Shown piece after piece: positions 57,240-64,000 of a DNA stretch of 64,000 bases. This stretch comes from Ascidiella aspersa (taxonomy: Eukaryota). The notes below the pieces were generated by a model. It was given only the letters and a program-made list of their open reading frames with translations. It was not told the origin of the DNA and did no database searches. The stretch is taken from positions 12,090,001-12,154,000 of the forward strand of contig OZ004610.1 of NCBI GenBank assembly GCA_963924565.1, read 5' to 3'. The position numbers were made by a program, and so were the translations under genes. The first letter of the stretch is position 1; each line of letters starts with the position of its first letter.

Positions 57240-60200
57240 ATGGGAATCAAATCCTTAAAAAAGATTATGCCTTCCTTTGTAAAGCCTTTAATTGTTGTGC
57301 TTGGTGCAACCGGAGCTGGCAAGTCAAAATTGGCTTTGGAAGTAGCTGCACAACTGAATGGAGAAATAATTAGCATGGATTCCATGCAGGTAAATAGCTA
57401 TGCAAGGTAGTACAGTTGTACTAAAGCCTATTTTATTGCTGTGCACTTTTCCAACAATGATGAACAGTTTTTGTTAATTATGTCTCCATAATTGTTTATA
57501 AATGTCTTTTTTTGGCTATGTTTTTTGTATTAATATGGTTTATTGTCAAAGTGTTTGTTTAGGCTTACAATAGTTCCTTTTTTGTCATTTAAGATATACA
57601 AGGGATTGGACATTGTTACAAACAAAGTGACACCTAAAGAACTGGCAATGTGTCCACACCATATGATTGGATTTCTATCACCCTTGGAAGAATTCACTAT
57701 TACAGAATACCAAAATTGCACTCTAGACATTGTTAGTAATAAATAAATACATGTAATCACAAGCACTTGGAGCTTAGTAGAGCTGTTTTATTAGATTACA
57801 GACATTCACAAGCGAAACAAAATTCCAATTTTAGTAGGTGGAACAAACTACTATGTAGAATCTATTTTATGGGATTATTTAGTTAAAACAAAACAACTGG
57901 AATCTGGAGAGAATTTTACACTTATTGATCAATCATATCGCCAGGTAATTGTCAGTAAATAATTCTCTGCAATTTAAAAAAAAGTGTTACATTGGTCACC
58001 GTGTTCTTATTTGTACTACCTTTGAATTTGGGAAGTGTGTATTGGAAAATCTACGTTTTTAAATTTAACTTGTGGCTTCATTTATTTTCATAACAGCAAC
58101 TAGAAGCCTACCCACCAGAGCACTTATATGAAATGCTGTGCAATGTTGACCAATATGCCTCTCAGCGCTTTCACCCTGGTGACAAGAGAAAAATGATCAG
58201 AGCTTTAGAGGTAGGTTTTGTGCAGTATGTTAATTCTAGGTTTGGAATTAAACTCGTTTAATTTTTTATATTAAACCCACAGGTCCATCATATAACCGGA
58301 AAACCAATTTCAGAGCATTGGAAGGAACAATTAGCTCAAAATGAAAATGCTGATCGTGGTGGTCCTCTTCGGTTCAACAACGCATGTCTTCTGTGGGTAA
58401 AATGCGACCCAGAAAGTAAGCATTAAAATCAGCTAAACTATTCTTAGCAAGTACAACTTGGCTAAGAAAATAATGTTGATACTATACACTTACCCAGGGG
58501 TGGGCAATTATTTTTAACCGCGGAAACTTAAAATGTTATGGCGGGCCGGGTCAAAAATAGGATCTGAAATACACGTAAAATGATGTCAGAAACGTTTACC
58601 GTATAAAACGAATAAGCTAACGAATTTGTTGTTACGTTTGGAGTTATGTGTAATTTAAGTTAAATTGAAAGGCCACAAGACGTCGCGCGAAGCTCGAAAT
58701 TTTTAACTATGTTTGTTTTATAATGCAAAGTTTAATTTAGATTTAGAGGGGGACGTAAAGCTTTAAGAACAGACAAAAATAGTACATTGCTTGATATATT
58801 GGCGTTTATCAAGTTGTGGGGCGCGTTGACCTAAAAGTTACGATCAAAATACGAAAAAAATTCATACAAAAATCCTTACAATGTGTTTTTGGCTTTTTAA
58901 AGCTTCAAGTTACTGATGTGTTACGGTACAGCGGCCATATTACAAATAGGATACAAATCGGACATGGCATTAACTAAAACAAAACATGGCATTAACTAAG
59001 TTTAACAAAATATGAATCGGTATATTTCAGAGTGTAGAAAACGGTCGTATTTCGCTCATATTTTAAAGACGGAATACTTTCGAAGCGCTAAAAATATATA
59101 AGTCTTTCGATGCGTAAAAAATATAAGTATTTAGGCTAAGGTTGTTCAACTTTCGTTGGAGAGAGTGCCACAGTGCAGAGAACGCTATTTTGTCTGTAAA
59201 GTTGCCGAAAATTTACGAGAAAGACAGAAAAGAAAACAATTCCCGTTTTAGTATTTAAAACAGGCTAAAAATCGAATTTGGCGTGTTCATGACTAGATCC
59301 GTCCCTGGAAAGAGTGTTTACGACATAACAAAATTTCGACACTCGTCCTTATTTTCACTTAGCCTATGTATTTTAAGGAAAATAAGCCGTGGGCCGGATT
59401 AAACAGCTTGGCGGGCCGTATGTTGCCCAGGTCTGCACTTACCCATACAAACTTCTCTGCATAAAAAATCGTTTTTTTTTATTTTAGTTCTAGAAGAACG
59501 CGTCTACAAGAGGGTTGACAAAATGATTAAGCAAGGTCTTGTAAATGAGTTATTAGACTTCCATGAAAGCTATAATAAGCAGAGGTATAAAAACGTGGTA
59601 TTTGTCAATGAAAGTGGTATTTGTCAATGAAATTTGAAATAATTCCTGATTTAAGTAGCAAGTTTTGAAAATTATTGTTCCTTGTTTTTTATACCAAAAA
59701 AATCGAACCACCACAAAACATTGAAAATAAAGTTGTTGCCCGCACCAATAGGTTGTCAGAGGGAAGTCAGTCGGACTACGAAAGAGGGATCTTCCAAAGT
59801 ATTGGTTTCAAAGGTTTACATTCATTTTCTTGAAACCTTGACTCCTTACTTTGTGATTACGAGTAATCACGTTACTGTTTAGAGTTTCACGAGTACTTAA
59901 CTGCCCCTGAAGACATCGACACAAACGAAAAGAAGCGGCTATTCGAAAACGCCGTTGAACGAATGAAAATTCAGACGTGGAAATACGCAAAGTATCAAGT
60001 AAAATGCATCAAAAACCGAATCGTACACCGTAAGGACATTTAATTTATACATTTAATTTTTTATTTCAACCGTTCAAACCCGAGGGCTATTTAGCTTTGT
60101 AGTCATGTTTTGTTTTCTCTAAAAGGTAAAAACGGTCTTCCTGTTTTCCCATTGGACGCTTCTGATCCAAGTTCATGGCAATCGCAAGTTCTCACGCCAG

Positions 60201-61657
60201 CTCTGCAAGTATTGAAGCACTTTTACGGGGACCACGATAATGTGACCACTGCTTTACGCGACGTTAACGTAATTGTAAGATTCTGCGAAGTACTTCAATC
60301 GAAATCGCGTTACTTTAGCCTAATACAGGGGTGTCCAACTCAAACATGTTGGCAACTTCTTCCTGTGCCAAAGTCTAATTCTTTCTAACACTAAAAGCGC
60401 TTGTTTACAAAAAATAAAACGTTTATTTATATGAAAAACATTTGTTTTTTTAATCAAGCACTATTCATAATTGATCAAAACTGCTTCTTTGCAAACGTTT
60501 GTTTTTAGCCAACTCTGAAGATAAATCGGCCTTCAGGTTTGTGGAAGCAATGCGTTTTGTATTGTTATAAACAATGGCAGTTGGCTGTATAACAAAATTA
60601 TTATTATGGACACACCTGACCTAATACAATTACAAATATATACGGTGCTACAGCGTTAATAAATGTCATTTATTCAAGAAGTAAATACAAGAAAATACAA
60701 GCAACCGGGACGCCGTATTATCAGTTTTGCTAAACCAGTTTCAGTTTTTCAAGGAAATGTCTTAACTCGGGGCCATTGCCATTTTACCCTAATGACAGTA
60801 ATTTGGCATATTTGTAATATTTAACATTTCTTCAACACCTAATTTCTTTGTGTCGTTTTTTTGTGCTTAATATTCATACAATTTTGTAATTTTCAAGGAA
60901 AACGATCTTGTGCAGCCAATTAAGAAACGCGAGCGTCCCAAATACTTCGGTTTTCAGCATTGCGTGGAATGTAATAAGTACATCGACAACCACATGTGGA
61001 ACGGTACAAATGATATATTTTTTTTTTATATTTGTGGTTCCCATTATTAAACCTTTAGATATTTCCCTTTTGACGTAACTTGATTAATTGTTGGAAGGGA
61101 GTCATGCCCCATAAAATAGGTTGAGAACCAGCGCTCTAGACAATTGTTTAATAAGTAGTTTTCATTATAAACCGAATAAAGATGAATCTTTAAGACTTAT
61201 AAATAACAACAATTGACAGTATCCCCTTCATAAAAAATAGCTCTTTATCACAGTGATAAAAATGCTTCACGAAGAACTATTACGATAGTTCTCAAGCGTC
61301 AGCTGATAATCGCATCATACTGAAAAATGACAATTGGTTATAATATATATTATATATATATTCTACTCAGAACTAAAATACTTAACAAACGAGCAAAAGA
61401 TAACGATTTACTATTTTATTTTAGTCCATATAAAAACTCGTCGACATCGAGCGCTGGTTTTCAAGCGTCAAAGGGAGCTGGCCAACACCAGGCGAATCCT
61501 GACAGCACACATCGCAAAAATCGCAGCGGCTCGCGACAACTCTGCAAAGGCAACGTCAGATCAGGCGCCCGATGCTGAAGACCCGGCTTCCTGCGATGTT
61601 TTTGGGACTCTTTTCGATTCTGATTGCGATAAAAAATCCGAATCTGACGTTTCGTGA
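57240..61657 (+). CDS. TRIT1: tRNA dimethylallyl(isopentenyl)transferase, ~492 aa, 11 exons
   Basis: join(57240-57389,57594-57731,57795-57944,58097-58210,58283-58415,59488-59584,59752-59813,59883-60029,60126-60274[or 60268],60898-61003,61425-61657). P-loop [58 protein letters not shown]; C-terminal zinc finger CVEC...HIKTRRH. Confidence 0.95.
58495..59435. mobile_element. hAT non-autonomous element in TRIT1 intron 5
   Basis: Ends CAGGGGTGGGCAA / TTGCCCAGGTCTG; perfect TSD CACTTACC; GCGGGCCG subterminal motifs; CpG retained. Confidence 0.9.
60326..60618. mobile_element. hAT MITE in TRIT1 intron 9
   Basis: Ends CAGGGGTGTCCA / TGGACACACCTG; TSD GCCTAATA / ACCTAATA (7/8). Confidence 0.82.
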
Positions 61658-63367
61658 CACGCGGTCGCGTCACTTTTTCCTGTCTTTTTTGTTTTGGGGC
61701 TTCTGAGAATATCTACATTCTTGTGCAACTCCGCATAAAAAAAATTCTATCTTCAATGTAAGCCTGCACTTGTTTCTTGTTTAGACACATTAATAAGCCA
61801 AGACTTTGTCATAATTTTTTGTAACTATTTTCTTCGTTTTTTTGTTAACCACCACACTTAAAAATGGCAGAATAACCCATGTAAGGAGAATTAAGTCTAA
61901 TTTGGATAACTCTTTACATATTCGGGTTCTATTTTTCCCAGATCTGGATCTAAACTGTAACTTCCCACGTTTGTTTTAGGAAGCTGTAAGCATGTTTAGC
62001 CCTTTCTAAAAGTTGGCAAGTCCAGACTTGGATATCTCTGTTGAACGTTGCTTTAAAATACGTCAAATAGAAAATAAAAGTTGCTTTAAAACTTGATTTG
62101 AATGTTGCTAAGTTTAATTTGCAAAAAGGGTTCAACATAGTTCAATAAGTGGAGGTCACGGCGTAGCAAAAGCATATAAGCTAACGTCTATTTTCATATT
62201 AGTATGCACATGCCAGCCAAAGCATTACGGTTAATATATATTAGGCAAAAATTTCTTTTTAGACTTAATTTAAAGGTTCAAAAAAAAACAAGGTGACATT
62301 ACATATATAACACTTGGTAACGTTTTTTTAATCCAACCGAAGCATCATTCGCATCAGTTTGACTGATGGCCTTCAGAACAAAATGGTCGGTCACACTGAA
62401 ATGTTGATTTTCCTATATTTGCCGACGAGTCATGAAACTGGTCATTGTTTGAAGCACGATGTCTTTAGGTGTAAATTAGACCCGTCATATTTAAATGTGT
62501 TTTTTTTTAATTTAACATAAAGGCGAACAATTGTTCTACCTCCAAGTGGTTACCGACCACAAACATTTAACGGCTTATATTATACAATTACTGCTGGGGC
62601 CATGTATACCATAAGAAGAGTGTGGACTTTTGGTTAACTAAATCGTATTAGGATGTAATGTAAACTAAATCAATGTCAATATATGCAAGCTTACACTTTT
62701 TTTGTATCTTTTTAGGAAATACATTGTACCACAATAAAAAAAATACTTGTTTTATTTCGTGGTTATCATCATGTCATTGCGCTAACGGGAATTTCTACCA
62801 GCATAGTCGATACATCAGACATAACTCTTACAAAGACGTATTACACATTAAATTGTAAGACGGTGGTGTCTAAAAATGGCGAGATTTCAGGGTAAAATAA
62901 AACAAAAACGCTGAGTTTATTTTAAATGAGCGGCGTTACCCCTACCTTTTCACATTTTCAATGCAATATCAAGAGTACAAACTAGTTGTTTTATTAATGT
63001 TAAATTTTAAGTAAGGACAAAAAACGATAAATAGAAAGCACCGCGTTTAAACGTGAAGCTGGTTAAATATTGCACAAAAAAAATAAAAAATGCGTGTATT
63101 CTTCAGCGTTGTTTCATCAGGTCTTCATTGCAGTGCTCATCATAAGGCCGACCTGTTGAAAAGAAAATGTAACAATTAATATAGCTGTAAAATAGTTCAA
63201 GACACGCGCGACAGATGGAACATACAGCTCGAAAAAGAAGTGCACGCCGTTCAAACATTTATTATATATAAACGTGTATTTCACCAAACAGCAAACAAAT
63301 TTTACAAAAAAATATCAAATGCATATAAAAAAGGCAGCACAAAAGGACAGTAACGTATTGCATCATT

Positions 63368-63793
63368 TCAAGACGAAAAAACACAGGAGGGACTAGTTTG
63401 TTTTCCGGGCAGACTGGAGTTCTTCCACCAGACCTGGCTCTCGCTAAAGTTAAACCTTGCCGCTTGTGAAGACGAGGCGGGACTGGGAGACGAAACAAAG
63501 CGGCTGACGCTTTGCAGCCGTGGAGTGCTCCCAGTGCCATTTCGCCGGTAAGTCCTCGGAATCGCCAAGTTGTTGTTGTTAGTGTTTCCAGTGCTACTGG
63601 CCGAGCAGTTCGATATGGGCTTGTTAATGTCGATGCGACGTCGTTTCCTCCCGCAGACAAGGCGGAGTCGCTTCTTCAGCTCGCGGTTCGTGTAGGTGTA
63701 CACCAGCGGGTTGATGGCCGAGTTGGTGATGCCCAGCAGGAGAAGGTAGGTGCCCACGTGATCGTGCAGGCGACAGGACGCCCCGCAGATCAA
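63368..63793 (-). CDS. Terminal exon of a class A GPCR, probably EDG/lysophospholipid (S1P/LPA)-like; gene continues beyond the window
   Basis: Acceptor TTTTTCGTAG before 63793; ECL3 with two Cys (CGASC); TM7 LLLLGITNSAINPLVY (NPxxY); helix 8 TYTNRELKKRL; Ser-rich tail; stop at 63368. Confidence 0.8.
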   Translation of the reverse strand: MICGASCRLHDHVGTYLLLLGITNSAINPLVYTYTNRELKKRLRLVCGRKRRRIDINKPISNCSASSTGNTNNNNLAIPRTYRRNGTGSTPRLQSVSRFVSSPSPASSSQAARFNFSESQVWWKNSSLPGKQTSPSCVFSS

Positions 63794-64000
63794 CTACGAA
63801 AAACGTAGTTCTTATAAATTCGATCAGTGAAAATTCGACTGGACAGTGAAGTTTCGCAAATTAATATAAAATCGAAAAGTATCCTTGAAAAATCGGTCGG
63901 CCTAAAAACAAAATTATAATATTGTGTACTGACTACTGACCAGTGACCACTGACCAGCCATGACAAACGACCACGTGTGTTTTTTTTAGGTATGCAGTAA

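Noticed and set aside
59596-59632. Short direct duplications (also ~58962-59000 and ~41596-41628)
   Set aside because: Ordinary 15-20 bp slippage duplications with no further structure.

Overview
Eukaryotic, AT-rich, intron-dense animal DNA. Short introns, patchy CpG depletion and many hAT MITEs suggest an ascidian/tunicate-like chordate, but the taxon is inferred, not proven. I assembled seven spliced genes by hand with consistent reading phase: GNB1-type G-protein beta (+, 10843-15845), DP/TFDP transcription factor (+, 23381-36430), TMEM241/SLC35D4 (+, 39964-41391), NADH-cytochrome b5 reductase (-, 41981-44375), NF2/merlin (-, ~46491-52423, 3' end uncertain), EXD2 (+, 52815-56807) and TRIT1 (+, 57240-61657). 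The last exon of an EDG/lysophospholipid-like GPCR is also present (-, 63368-63793). About a dozen non-autonomous DNA transposons have identifiable TIRs and 8-bp TSDs. The most notable observations are: (1) a repeated within-gene switch from CpG-poor/AT3 5' halves to CpG-rich/GC3 3' halves; (2) a Pol III-like, vault-RNA-shaped or tRNA-Met-derived element in an EXD2 intron; (3) palindromic GGCGCT-ended (Merlin-like) MITEs that share a telomere-like core but have different TIRs; (4) a candidate EXD2-TRIT1 operon driven from a bidirectional NF2/EXD2 promoter; (5) a merlin with a 28-Q tract and remodelled regulatory motifs; (6) a candidate poison exon in TFDP; (7) a GC-AG intron in GNB1. No CRISPR array, rRNA or intact tRNA was found. 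All compositional statements are by eye.
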